Assembly: GCA_902579985.1 (NCBI GenBank)
Contig: CACHIV010000005.1
Coordinates: 5,596 to 69,595 of the forward strand
From: an uncultured Pelagibacteraceae bacterium
Lineage (GTDB): Bacteria > Pseudomonadota > Alphaproteobacteria > Pelagibacterales > Pelagibacteraceae
Direction: 5' to 3'
Length of the DNA stretch: 64,000 bases
Shown here: positions 10,755 through 20,840 of the stretch, in pieces
Layout of the letters: each line of letters begins with the position of its first letter
Numbering within the stretch: position 1 is the stretch's first letter
Position numbers and translations under genes: made by a program
The notes under the pieces: generated by a model
Seen by the model: the letters and a program-made list of their open reading frames with translations, nothing else
Databases searched by the model: none
What the model was told of the DNA's origin: nothing

Positions 10755-11912
10755 ATGATAAAAAATAAAATTTCTCTTTCAAAAATTAATAGATCTTTTT
10801 TAAAAAATAAAATTACCATTAAAGAAATTCAAAACTTTTTAAAAACGAGAGGTTTCTCAATCAAAAAAAATAAAAGAAAAATAAATCATCATAATTTAAA
10901 TAGTTTTTCAAAAACTTTTTTAGTAAGCTTAATAGTAATTTCATTATTTACTGTTTCTCCAATACTTATTACTTTTACTAAACAAAAAATGATTTATTCA
11001 AAAGATTACGAAAATAATTCTAAAAATAATTTAACAAAAGTTTTAGAAAATCAGGATTCTAAATTAGATAGTGATTTAAATGAAAAGTATTTATTTGATG
11101 ATATAATTGAATTTGATGAATTGCCCTCAGATACAGTAAGGCTAAGTGCGATGACAATTCAAGAATTATTTGAATCAACGAATTATAATTTAGAAGATAT
11201 AAGAAAAAATAAATTAGTTAAACCAATTTCATTAACATTATTACCTAATGAAATAACCAAAATAGAAAATTCACAAAAAAGAAAAGAATTATTTATTCAA
11301 ATAATTCTTCCATTGATAATTAAAGAAAATAATTACATAAAATCGGATCGAATAAAACTTTTTAGTATTTTAAATAAAAGTAAAAATACTAAATTGGAAA
11401 AAAAATGGTTAGCCTCTAAATTTAAGCAGTATGGTGTAGTTAATAATGATTTATCTACATTAAAAATTAGAATGGATGAAGTGCCAATTTCTATGACAAT
11501 CGCACAAGCAGCAAAAGAAACTGGCTGGGGAACATCAAGATTTGCTCAAGAGGGAAATGCTTTGTTTGGTCAATGGACTTGGAGTGGTAAAGGACTTAGG
11601 CCAAAAGGAGCTGATAGTGATAGTACGCATAAAGTTATGAAATTTAGAGTGCTACAAGCTTCGGTTAAGGCATATCAAAGAAACTTAAATACGCATTCTT
11701 CTTATAAAGCTTTTAGAAGTGCAAGAGCTGAATTGAGAGATGAAGGGAAAAAGTTAGATAGTTTAATTCTTTCTAACTATTTAGATAAATATGCAGAAAC
11801 AGGTAAAGAATACGTAAAAATATTACAAAAAATAATTAAACAAAATGATTTAACAGATTTTGATGATGCTAAGTTATTACCTTCTAGTATTGCTTTAGAG
11901 AGTTTAATCTAA
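10755..11912 (+). CDS. Bax-like glucosaminidase-domain (GH73) membrane-anchored protein
   Basis: One N-terminal TM segment; AQAAKETGWGTSRFAQEGNALFGQWTW and YQRNLNTHSSY motifs. Confidence 0.85.
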   Translation: MIKNKISLSKINRSFLKNKITIKEIQNFLKTRGFSIKKNKRKINHHNLNSFSKTFLVSLIVISLFTVSPILITFTKQKMIYSKDYENNSKNNLTKVLENQDSKLDSDLNEKYLFDDIIEFDELPSDTVRLSAMTIQELFESTNYNLEDIRKNKLVKPISLTLLPNEITKIENSQKRKELFIQIILPLIIKENNYIKSDRIKLFSILNKSKNTKLEKKWLASKFKQYGVVNNDLSTLKIRMDEVPISMTIAQAAKETGWGTSRFAQEGNALFGQWTWSGKGLRPKGADSDSTHKVMKFRVLQASVKAYQRNLNTHSSYKAFRSARAELRDEGKKLDSLILSNYLDKYAETGKEYVKILQKIIKQNDLTDFDDAKLLPSSIALESLI

Positions 11913-12970
11913 TTTTTTTTAATTATAAACTGTGTTCCGAACCAACGCCATTTTCCATTATCGTTTAGAGAACAATTCACTCTACCTCGTCTTGGTAAAA
12001 AAGGTCCCCTAAAATTAATAGTTAAAATTTTGTTTTTAATTTCTACTTTAGATTTTTCCCAGTTGCCACCTTCATTGGAATAACAACTTATATTATTTAT
12101 ATCATCTTGATTATTAAAAAACTCAACTTTAAATTTTGGTGGATTATTATCTTTTTTTAAATTTTTTTCTATTGGAACTAATCTTTTGTATTCAAGAGGA
12201 GAATAATAAACGATTGATTTAAATCTTTTCATTTTTCCATAGTTTTCATTCATAGGAAATCTTGGGAGTTCAAATTTTTCTTTATTTACATCAATAACGC
12301 CTGAATGTTGTCCAAAAGCTAAGTCAAAATTTTTAGAAATATAATTTTTCATATCTTTTGAATATTCACCAAATGGATAGGAATATATAGTTGGCACATA
12401 TCCAATTTTTTTCAAAAAAATACTACTAGCTTTTTCAGTATCATTTATAAATTTTTCTATTGTTTCATCTATTAAATATTCATGGGAGTGAGAATGATGT
12501 CCGATTAATGCAAAATCTTGTTTTTCAATCTCTTTGATTTGATCCCATGTCATATATCCATTCTTTCCAACTGGTTCAGTAGATACAAATAAAATAAAAG
12601 GAATTTTATTTTTTTTTAAATAAGGCCATGCTTCTTCATAAAAAGACTTAAACCCATCGTCAATAGTTATTAAAATTTTTTTTTGTTTTTTAGGCATACT
12701 AAAATTTTTTTCAATATTTTTTGGATTATAGAAATCAAACTCAGAGTCTCTTATAAAGCTTATGTGTTCTTTAAAAATATCCATTTGAATGTTTGTGGAT
12801 GGATATTTTGATTCATTGAAACGATGATACATTATTGATAAAATACCTTCATCTTTTGTATAACGTTTGATATTATTAGTTTCAGAATAAGAGATAGCTG
12901 TGAAAAAAGAAATTAAAATGAATAAGCTAGTTATTGATGCTGCAAATAAAAATATTTTTTTAACGATCAT
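11909..12970 (-). CDS. Exported polysaccharide deacetylase (CE4/NodB family)
   Basis: MYHRF, ITIDDGFKS, GHHSHSH, YSYPFGEY and LPRFPM motifs; hydrophobic N-terminus. Start overlaps tsaB head-to-head. Confidence 0.88.
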   Translation of the reverse strand: MIVKKIFLFAASITSLFILISFFTAISYSETNNIKRYTKDEGILSIMYHRFNESKYPSTNIQMDIFKEHISFIRDSEFDFYNPKNIEKNFSMPKKQKKILITIDDGFKSFYEEAWPYLKKNKIPFILFVSTEPVGKNGYMTWDQIKEIEKQDFALIGHHSHSHEYLIDETIEKFINDTEKASSIFLKKIGYVPTIYSYPFGEYSKDMKNYISKNFDLAFGQHSGVIDVNKEKFELPRFPMNENYGKMKRFKSIVYYSPLEYKRLVPIEKNLKKDNNPPKFKVEFFNNQDDINNISCYSNEGGNWEKSKVEIKNKILTINFRGPFLPRRGRVNCSLNDNGKWRWFGTQFIIKKN

Positions 12971-13304
12971 TAGTAGTAATGATATTTATAATGTTAGTCA
13001 TGAAAATAGTAAAACTAATTATGAAAAATTGATAATTTTGATTGATAATTTTTTAAAATCAAAAAATCTTAAAATAAATGATATTTCTTCGATCTACGTT
13101 AATAGAGGACCAGGTAGTTTTGCTGGTATTAGGAATTCACTTTCTATTGTTAAAGCAATACATTTATCAAAGAAAATTGATTATTATTGCTATAGTTTTC
13201 AAGATTTTATCAATCAAAATAGCATAAAATATGAAAATATTCCCAATCTATGTGACAAATTTAAAGTTAAAAAAAATTTGATTAAACCCATTTATATAAG
13301 TTAA
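12918..13304 (+). CDS. tsaB: Shortened tRNA threonylcarbamoyladenosine biosynthesis protein TsaB
   Basis: KLVIDAA first strand and YVNRGPGSFAGIR motif; ATG at 12918 gives 128 aa; upstream of fur-miaB as in other alphaproteobacteria. Confidence 0.8.
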   Translation: MNKLVIDAANKNIFLTIISSNDIYNVSHENSKTNYEKLIILIDNFLKSKNLKINDISSIYVNRGPGSFAGIRNSLSIVKAIHLSKKIDYYCYSFQDFINQNSIKYENIPNLCDKFKVKKNLIKPIYIS

Positions 13305-13312
13305 AATTAGAT

Positions 13313-13726
13313 ATGTCAGATACTATTGAACAAAAATGTTTATCAAAAGGAGTGAAGCTTACTGATCAAAGAAGAATAATTGCCAAAGTTATGTCGGAGT
13401 CTTCGGATCATCCTAATGTGGATGAGCTATATAATAGAGTTTCAAAACTAGATTCTAAAATTAGTATTGCTACCGTTTATAGAACAGTTAAACTTTTTGA
13501 AGAGACAGGTATTCTTACTAAGCATGAATTCAAAGGTAGCAAGGCAAGATATGAAGAATTAAATGAAGGACATCATGATCATTTGATTGATGTTAAGACA
13601 GGAGAAATTGTAGAATTTGTAGACGAAGAAATTGAAAAACTTCAAAAAAAAGTAGCTGAAAAATATGGCTATACTTTAGTAGATCATAAATTAGAGTTAT
13701 ATGGGGTTAAAAAAAAACCTCAGTAA
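13313..13726 (+). CDS. fur: Fur/Mur family metal-uptake regulator
   Basis: KLTDQRRII, SIATVYRTVKLFEE and HHDHLID motifs; usual fur-miaB position. Confidence 0.93.
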   Translation: MSDTIEQKCLSKGVKLTDQRRIIAKVMSESSDHPNVDELYNRVSKLDSKISIATVYRTVKLFEETGILTKHEFKGSKARYEELNEGHHDHLIDVKTGEIVEFVDEEIEKLQKKVAEKYGYTLVDHKLELYGVKKKPQ

Positions 13727-15055
13727 ATGAATCAAAAAATTTTTATCAAAACCTTTGGATGTCAAATGAATGAATATGATTCAAATCGTATTTACGATAC
13801 AGTGAAGAAAATTGGTTATTTTAAAACAGACAATTATGAAGATGCTAATTGTTTTCTTTTAAACACTTGTCATATAAGAGATAAAGCTAAAGAAAAAGTT
13901 TACCATGAAATTGGAAGAGTAAAAAAAAGTTTTAGATTAAAAAAAAAACCATTAATTATTGTTGCAGGTTGTGTGGCTCAAGCTGAAAATCAAGAGATGC
14001 TTAAAAGGGAACCTTTTATAGATTTAGTGATTGGACCTCAATCGTATCATAAAATTAATGATACTATTTTAGATTATATAAAAAAAAATAAAAAAATTGA
14101 AGAAACAGAATTTGATGTAGTTTCTAAGTTTGATTATCTAAGTAAAATTAAAAATGATTCGGGAAAGGTATCTTCATTTTTAACCATTCAAGAAGGTTGT
14201 GATAAATTTTGTCATTTTTGTGTAGTTCCATATACGAGAGGCCCTGAGTATTCAAGACCATTTAAACAGATTTTAAGTGAAGCAAAATATTTAATTGATA
14301 ATGGCACAAAAGAAATAATATTGTTAGGTCAAAATGTGAATGCTTATAATTATCAAGGTTTAAAATTATCAAATTTAATTTTAGAAATTGAAAAGTTTTC
14401 AAAAATTAAGAGAATTAGATATACAACTTCTCACCCTAAAGACATGACGGATGATTTGATAGAAGTTTATAAAACTTCAAAAAAATTAATGCCATTAATT
14501 CATCTTCCAGTTCAAAGTGGATCTAATAAAATTTTAAATCTTATGAATAGAAAACATAATATTGAGGAATATTTAAAAATATTTGATAATTTAAAAAAAA
14601 TTAACTTTAATATAGAATTTTCTAGTGATTTTATTATTGGTTATCCTGGTGAGGAAGATCAAGATTTTGAAAATACTCTAGAGCTTATTAGAAAAGTTAA
14701 GTTTATAAATTCATATTCTTTTATTTTTAGCCCAAGACCGGGAACAGTTGCTGCTGATTTAAAATTAATAGATAAAAAAATTTCTATGAAAAGATTAGAA
14801 AAAATTCAAAATTTGTTATTTGAAAATCAAATAAGTAAGAATAAGTATTTAAAAAATAAGATCATTAATGTATTAGTGGAAAACTTAACTGAAGACAAAA
14901 CAAAAGTTTTTGGTCGATCAGAATATATGACATCAGTTATTTTTAATGGAAAAAAAGAGGATATTGGAAAAATTGTGCCTGTAGAAATAAGAGAAATTAA
15001 TAGAAGTACTTTATTTGGTATATCAACTATAAATTCAAATCAAAGGGTGGCATAG
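13727..15055 (+). CDS. miaB: tRNA-2-methylthio-N6-dimethylallyladenosine synthase
   Basis: KTFGCQMNEYDS, NTCHIRDKA, radical-SAM QEGCDKFCHFCVVP and C-terminal TRAM domain. Confidence 0.97.
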   Translation: MNQKIFIKTFGCQMNEYDSNRIYDTVKKIGYFKTDNYEDANCFLLNTCHIRDKAKEKVYHEIGRVKKSFRLKKKPLIIVAGCVAQAENQEMLKREPFIDLVIGPQSYHKINDTILDYIKKNKKIEETEFDVVSKFDYLSKIKNDSGKVSSFLTIQEGCDKFCHFCVVPYTRGPEYSRPFKQILSEAKYLIDNGTKEIILLGQNVNAYNYQGLKLSNLILEIEKFSKIKRIRYTTSHPKDMTDDLIEVYKTSKKLMPLIHLPVQSGSNKILNLMNRKHNIEEYLKIFDNLKKINFNIEFSSDFIIGYPGEEDQDFENTLELIRKVKFINSYSFIFSPRPGTVAADLKLIDKKISMKRLEKIQNLLFENQISKNKYLKNKIINVLVENLTEDKTKVFGRSEYMTSVIFNGKKEDIGKIVPVEIREINRSTLFGISTINSNQRVA

Positions 15056-15058
15056 AAA

Positions 15059-16060
15059 TTGAGTGGTTTAATTAAAAAAAACTTAGACTCATCATTAAAA
15101 TTTGTTTATTCAGATAATAATTCATTAAGTGTTATATTTCATAATAATGATTTATTAATGGGTATTGTAGGTGAGTTTAACGAAAATTTAAAAGAGTTAG
15201 AAAAGCTCACTAATACAAACTTATATTCACGTGGAAATTCTATTTTAATAAAATCAACTTCAGAAAAAAATGAAATAACAAAAAATGCTATTCAATTTTT
15301 AGTAAATCAATTTATTAATAATGGTAGTATTGAAAAAAAAGATATAATCTCTTCAGTAGATAAATTTATGATTAATGAAAAAGTTAAAAATAATAATATT
15401 ACAGATATTATTAAAACTCCTAAAAAATCTATAATACCAAGGTCTGAAAGACAAAAAAAATATGTTAGAGCATTAAGACAAAATGATATTGTTATATCGG
15501 CTGGCCCAGCAGGAACAGGAAAAACTTTTTTGGCGGTAGCTGTAGGACTTACAATGTTATTAGAAAAAAAAATTGAAAGAATAATTTTATCTAGGCCAGC
15601 TGTTGAAGCTGGAGAACGTTTAGGTTTTTTACCTGGAGATATGAAAGAAAAAGTTGATCCTTATCTAAGACCTTTATACGATTCTTTATATGACTTATTT
15701 GATTTTGGAAAGATACAAAGAATGATTGAAATTGGAGATATTGAAATTGCACCCTTAGCATTTATGCGAGGAAGAACACTAAAAAATTCTTTTGCTATTT
15801 TGGATGAAGCTCAAAACGCAACCGATACACAAATTAAAATGTTTCTAACTCGTATTGGAGAAAATTCTAAAATTGTTGTTAATGGCGATCCAACACAAAT
15901 TGATTTACCTAACAAAAATATGTCTGGTTTGGTTAGATCTAAAAAATTATTAGGACATTTAAATGAAATATCAGTTATTGATTTTGATCATTCAGATGTT
16001 GTTAGACATCCTCTCGTTACAAAAATTGTAAAAGCTTATTCAGATCAAAAAACTGAATAA
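15059..16060 (+). CDS. phoH: PhoH-family ATPase
   Basis: GPAGTGKT, RPAVEAGERLGFLPGD, APLAFMRGRTL and DEAQN motifs; TTG start. Confidence 0.95.
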   Translation: MSGLIKKNLDSSLKFVYSDNNSLSVIFHNNDLLMGIVGEFNENLKELEKLTNTNLYSRGNSILIKSTSEKNEITKNAIQFLVNQFINNGSIEKKDIISSVDKFMINEKVKNNNITDIIKTPKKSIIPRSERQKKYVRALRQNDIVISAGPAGTGKTFLAVAVGLTMLLEKKIERIILSRPAVEAGERLGFLPGDMKEKVDPYLRPLYDSLYDLFDFGKIQRMIEIGDIEIAPLAFMRGRTLKNSFAILDEAQNATDTQIKMFLTRIGENSKIVVNGDPTQIDLPNKNMSGLVRSKKLLGHLNEISVIDFDHSDVVRHPLVTKIVKAYSDQKTE

Positions 16061-16494
16061 TGATTAAGGCAAATGTTATTGTAGGTTATTCAAAATGGAA
16101 AAATAAAATTAAAAATCCTAATACTTATTTCAAAAAAAAATTTAATAAATTATCTAAAATTACTTATTTCAAAAAAAAAAAACAAGAATTTTCTATACTT
16201 TTAACTAATAATAAAAAAATGAAAGATTTAAATTATAAGTTTATAAAAAAAAAAAAAATAACAGATATACTTTCATTTAGATCAAAAGAGAGAACTTATA
16301 TCGGCGATATAGCTATAAGTTATGAAATGATTAATAAGAGATCAAAATCATCAAATTTTTTTTTAGAATTTGATAAAATTTGGATACATGGTTATTTTCA
16401 TTTAATTGGATATGATCACAAAAAATTAAAAGATTTTAAAAAAATGACTAAAAAAGAAAACTTAGTTTTAAATTATTTTCATAAAATAAATTGA
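16060..16494 (+). CDS. ybeY: rRNA maturation endoribonuclease YbeY
   Basis: TDILSF, IGDIAIS and HGYFHLIGYDH (H3xH5xH metal site) motifs. Confidence 0.92.
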   Translation: MIKANVIVGYSKWKNKIKNPNTYFKKKFNKLSKITYFKKKKQEFSILLTNNKKMKDLNYKFIKKKKITDILSFRSKERTYIGDIAISYEMINKRSKSSNFFLEFDKIWIHGYFHLIGYDHKKLKDFKKMTKKENLVLNYFHKIN

Positions 16495-18020
16495 CACTAT
16501 TACTACAAAATAAAATATTAGTTTATTTAATTCCCTTTCTTCTAGGTTTGGTTAGTTCTTTTAGTCTTCCACCATACAGCTTTTTTTTTATAAACTTCAT
16601 ATCTTTCCCTCTTTTATTAATTTACCTAATCTTAAATTACAAAAAAGGTAAGTGGATATCTTTTAAAATTGGTTGGATTTTTGGTTTTAGTTATTTTATT
16701 TCCAATCTGTATTGGATAACAATGGCACTTACATTAGAGGAAGATTTTAAAATTTTAATACCAATTTCTTTAATTTTAATTCCTTTATTTTTAGGAGCGT
16801 TTTACGGAATAGCAACTTTACTTTGCTCTTTTTTTTCTTTAAAAAAAAAATTTTCTTCAATATTAATTTTTTCATTTTTTTTTTCTTTAATAGAGTTTAT
16901 TAGAGGTTTTATTTTTGGAGGTTTCCCGTGGAATTTAGCTGCTTTTGCTTGGACAGATTATATAAATTTTTTGCAAATTCTAAAATTTACAGGAACTTAC
17001 TCATTTAATTTGTTATCTATAACTTTTTTTTTAATACCTAGTGTTATCTTCTTTAATTATAAAAAATTTACTAAATTATTTTTTATAAGTTTTGCTTCAA
17101 TAATATTGATGATAAATTTTTTTTATGGGTCATTATTAATTAAAAGTAATGAAAAGATAAGAAATAATAATTTAAATTTTTTAATTAAAATTGTTTCACC
17201 AAATATTGATATATCTAGATATTTTGAAAACGAAAGTACAGAAAAAATGATTTTAGAATTAATTAATTTAAGCAAACCTCAGGTTTCAGAGCAAACTGTT
17301 TTTATTTTTCCGGAAGGAGTTCTTTCAAATATCTATTTAGAAGATTTAAAAAATTATAAATATATATTTGAAAAAAATTATTCAGAAAAACATATAATTA
17401 TTTTGGGAATAAGCAGTATGGAAGAGGAACAAATATATAATTCAATGGTAATTTTAGATAGAAATTTAAATATTTTATCAAAGTATAATAAAAATAAGTT
17501 AGTTCCTTTTGGTGAATTTTTACCTTTTGAAGATTTATTTAAAAAATTTGGTTTAAAAAAAATTACTCAAGGCTATAGCTCTTTTTCAAGTGATAATGAA
17601 AGAAGCATACTAAATATAAATGATATAAATTTTATCCCATTAATCTGTTATGAAATAATCTATTCTGGAAATATTAATAAAAATAATAATGACTTTGATG
17701 TAATATTAAATATTTCTGAGGATGGGTGGTTTGGAAATTCAATTGGAATTTCTCAACATTTTTCACATTCAGTATTTAGATCTATTGAAGAAGGAAAAAA
17801 CTTAATTCGTTCAGCCAACAATGGTATTTCGGCATTTATTAACCCATATGGGAAAGTAATTACTGATATAAAATCAACTGAGAAGGGAGTTATTGAGATA
17901 AAAGAAATTAAAAAAACAAAAAAAACTCTTTTTAGTTCTTTTGGCAACAAGATCTTCTTTTATTTTTTACTATTTTATATTACTTTAATTTTTTTTTTAA
18001 AAAGAAAAGAAATTAAATGA
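16491..18020 (+). CDS. lnt: Apolipoprotein N-acyltransferase
   Basis: [38 protein letters not shown] and RSANNGIS motifs. Confidence 0.95.
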   Translation: MTLLLQNKILVYLIPFLLGLVSSFSLPPYSFFFINFISFPLLLIYLILNYKKGKWISFKIGWIFGFSYFISNLYWITMALTLEEDFKILIPISLILIPLFLGAFYGIATLLCSFFSLKKKFSSILIFSFFFSLIEFIRGFIFGGFPWNLAAFAWTDYINFLQILKFTGTYSFNLLSITFFLIPSVIFFNYKKFTKLFFISFASIILMINFFYGSLLIKSNEKIRNNNLNFLIKIVSPNIDISRYFENESTEKMILELINLSKPQVSEQTVFIFPEGVLSNIYLEDLKNYKYIFEKNYSEKHIIILGISSMEEEQIYNSMVILDRNLNILSKYNKNKLVPFGEFLPFEDLFKKFGLKKITQGYSSFSSDNERSILNINDINFIPLICYEIIYSGNINKNNNDFDVILNISEDGWFGNSIGISQHFSHSVFRSIEEGKNLIRSANNGISAFINPYGKVITDIKSTEKGVIEIKEIKKTKKTLFSSFGNKIFFYFLLFYITLIFFLKRKEIK

Positions 18021-19180
18021 AAAAAAATTTTTTATTCACTAGCGAGTCTGTTTCCGAAGGACATCCAGATAAAGTTTGTGACAGAATATCAGATATGGTT
18101 GTAGACACTTTTTTAAGTGGAGAACCTCATTCGAGGGTAGCTTGCGAAACACTAACAACAACAAACAAAGTTGTTTTAGCTGGAGAAGTAAGAGGACCTG
18201 AAATTAAAAAAGAGGATTTAATTCAAAAAGTTAGAGAATGTATTAAAGATATTGGTTACGACCAAGAGGGTTTTAGTTGGAAAGATACTACTAAAGTTGA
18301 AACTCATTTACATGCTCAATCAGCAGACATAGCTATCGGTGTAGACTCATCTGGAAATAAAGATGAAGGTGCTGGGGACCAAGGAATTATGTTTGGATAC
18401 GCATGTAATGAAACTGATGTTCTAATGCCAGCTCCTATTCATTATTCTCATAGAATTTTAAGATTAATGGCTGAAGATAGAAAATCTGGTAAGCTAAAAG
18501 GAATAGAGCCAGACTCAAAAAGTCAAATAACGATTGAGTATAAAGATGGAGTACCTAATGCGGTAAAATCAGTGGTGATTTCTACGCAACATTCTAAAGA
18601 TGTAGATTTAGCAAAAGTTAAAGAGCTTTGTACACCGTACATTGAGAGATCTATTCCAAAAAATTTATTAGGAAATCTTGATGAAAAAGAAATTTATATA
18701 AATCCTACGGGAAACTTTGTAATTGGTGGTCCTGATGGAGATAGTGGATTAACAGGAAGAAAAATAATTGTAGATACATATGGAGGAGCAGCACCACATG
18801 GAGGAGGAGCTTTTTCAGGTAAAGATCCTACAAAAGTTGATAGATCAGCAGCATACGCTTCAAGATATCTAGCAAAAAATGTTGTAGCCTCAAAAATAGC
18901 AGACAAATGTTTAATTCAACTTGCATATGCAATTGGTGTATCTAAACCTTTATCTATTTATGTTGACCTATTCGATAACAATGAAGAAAAAAATAGACAT
19001 GTAGAAAAATTGATTAATGAGAATTTTGATTTAAGTCCAAGAGGAATAAGAGAAATGTTAGGCTTAAATAAACCTATTTATGAAAAAACTGCTGCGTATG
19101 GACACTTTGGAAGAGATCCAGGCGGTGATGGCTCATTTTCTTGGGAAAAAACGGATAAAGCAGATGTTTTTAATAAGTAA
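18017..19180 (+). CDS. metK: S-adenosylmethionine synthetase
   Basis: [26 protein letters not shown] and [16 protein letters not shown] motifs. Confidence 0.99.
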   Translation: MKKNFLFTSESVSEGHPDKVCDRISDMVVDTFLSGEPHSRVACETLTTTNKVVLAGEVRGPEIKKEDLIQKVRECIKDIGYDQEGFSWKDTTKVETHLHAQSADIAIGVDSSGNKDEGAGDQGIMFGYACNETDVLMPAPIHYSHRILRLMAEDRKSGKLKGIEPDSKSQITIEYKDGVPNAVKSVVISTQHSKDVDLAKVKELCTPYIERSIPKNLLGNLDEKEIYINPTGNFVIGGPDGDSGLTGRKIIVDTYGGAAPHGGGAFSGKDPTKVDRSAAYASRYLAKNVVASKIADKCLIQLAYAIGVSKPLSIYVDLFDNNEEKNRHVEKLINENFDLSPRGIREMLGLNKPIYEKTAAYGHFGRDPGGDGSFSWEKTDKADVFNK

Positions 19181-19236
19181 TTAAAGTTGAAAATATAAAA
19201 AAAATACATATATTCACGATACATTATTGAAATTTC

Positions 19237-19263
19237 AAAATGGGCCTCGGCCCATTTTTTTTT
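19237..19263 (+). terminator. Intrinsic terminator/attenuator immediately upstream of nusA
   Basis: aaaatgggc-ctcg-gcccatttt: perfect 9-bp stem with 4-nt loop, running into a T9 tract (19255-19263). Confidence 0.85.
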
Positions 19264-19276
19264 GGATAGTATAAAA

Positions 19277-20830
19277 ATGTTAAATAGAAGATCTGATAAA
19301 CTAGAATTGTTAAGAATAGCTGAAGCAGTTGCTTTAGAAAAATCTATTGATAAAGAATTAATTATAGAGTCGATGGAAACTGGTATTGCAAAAGCAGCAA
19401 AATCTAAATTTGGTCAAGATAATGAAATTAAAGTATTAATTAATAGAGAAAATGGTGATATTGGAATATTTAGAAAACTAATTGTTGTAGAAAAACCAGA
19501 AAATACAAATACTGAAATTACTCTTAAAGATGCAATAATTTTGAATGAGGAAAATAATAATAAAAAAATTGGAGATGAAATTTTACAACCCTTACCCTCG
19601 TTTGATTTTGGAAGAATAGCTGCTCAGACTGCAAAACAAGTGATTAGTTTTAATGTAAGAGAAGCAGAGCGTGAAAGACAATATAATGATTTTATAGATA
19701 AAAAAGATACTATTTTGAGTGGTATTGTTAAGCGTTTAGAGTTTGGAAATGTCATAGTAGATTTAGGAAGAACAGAGGCTATTATTCAAAAAAATGAGAT
19801 GATCCCTAGAGAAAATATTAAAGCTGGAGATAGAGTTAAAGCATACTGCTATGATGTAAAAAGAGAGACTAGAGGTCAGCAGATATTCTTATCAAGAGCA
19901 CATCCAAAATTCATGGAAGGACTATTTATTCAAGAAGTTCCTGAAATTTATGATGGTCTAATTGAAATTAAATCATCAGCTAGAGATCCAGGAAGTAGAG
20001 CAAAAATTTGTGTTAAAGCTGTAGACACCTCATTAGATCCTGTTGGAGCATGTGTAGGAATGAGAGGATCAAGGGTTCAAGCTGTAGTTAATGAATTACA
20101 AGGTGAAAAAATTGATATTGTTAATTGGTCTGAAGATCCAGCAATAGTTGTTGCAAATGCTTTATCACCTGCAGAAGTTCAAAGAGTAAATGTTGATAGT
20201 GCTACAAAAAAACTAGATGTAATTTTAACAGAAGAAAATCTTAGTAAGGCTATTGGTCGTAGAGGGCAAAACGTTAGGCTTGCTACAAAGTTATTAAATT
20301 ACGAAATAAATATTATGACTGATGCTGAAGACTCTGAGAGAAGACAATTAGAGTTTAAAGAAAAGACAGAGAATTTTGTTAAAAATTTAGAATTAGATGA
20401 AACTTTAGGTCAATTACTTGTAGCTGAAGGATTTTCTTCAATTTCAGATATTAAAGACAGTTCTCCCGAAAGTTTAATTAAGATAGAAGGTATTGAAGAA
20501 GAAACAGCTATAGCATTGATAGAGAGAGCTAAAGAATTTTATTTAAAAGATCAAGAAGATATCACTAAAAGAATTAAAGATTTAGGACTTCAAGATGATC
20601 TTATAAATCACAAAGGTTTGACACCAGGAATGTTAGTAACTTTAGGAGAACAAAAAATATTAAAATTAGAAGATTTTGCTGATCTTGCATCCGATGAATT
20701 AACAGGCGACTATGATATTGTAAAAGGAGAAAGAGTTAAAATTCAGGGTTATCTTGAAGATTTTGCATTATCAAAGGCTGAGGCAGATGAATTGATTATG
20801 TCTGCAAGAAAAATAATTTATAAAGATTGA
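19277..20830 (+). CDS. nusA: Transcription termination/antitermination factor NusA
   Basis: ELLRIAEAVA, FGRIAAQTAKQVI, ARDPGSRAK and AIGRRGQNVRLA motifs. ATG at 19277 preferred over the track's TTG at 19262, which lies in the terminator T-tract. Confidence 0.97.
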   Translation: MLNRRSDKLELLRIAEAVALEKSIDKELIIESMETGIAKAAKSKFGQDNEIKVLINRENGDIGIFRKLIVVEKPENTNTEITLKDAIILNEENNNKKIGDEILQPLPSFDFGRIAAQTAKQVISFNVREAERERQYNDFIDKKDTILSGIVKRLEFGNVIVDLGRTEAIIQKNEMIPRENIKAGDRVKAYCYDVKRETRGQQIFLSRAHPKFMEGLFIQEVPEIYDGLIEIKSSARDPGSRAKICVKAVDTSLDPVGACVGMRGSRVQAVVNELQGEKIDIVNWSEDPAIVVANALSPAEVQRVNVDSATKKLDVILTEENLSKAIGRRGQNVRLATKLLNYEINIMTDAEDSERRQLEFKEKTENFVKNLELDETLGQLLVAEGFSSISDIKDSSPESLIKIEGIEEETAIALIERAKEFYLKDQEDITKRIKDLGLQDDLINHKGLTPGMLVTLGEQKILKLEDFADLASDELTGDYDIVKGERVKIQGYLEDFALSKAEADELIMSARKIIYKD

Positions 20831-20840
20831 GTAATGAAAT

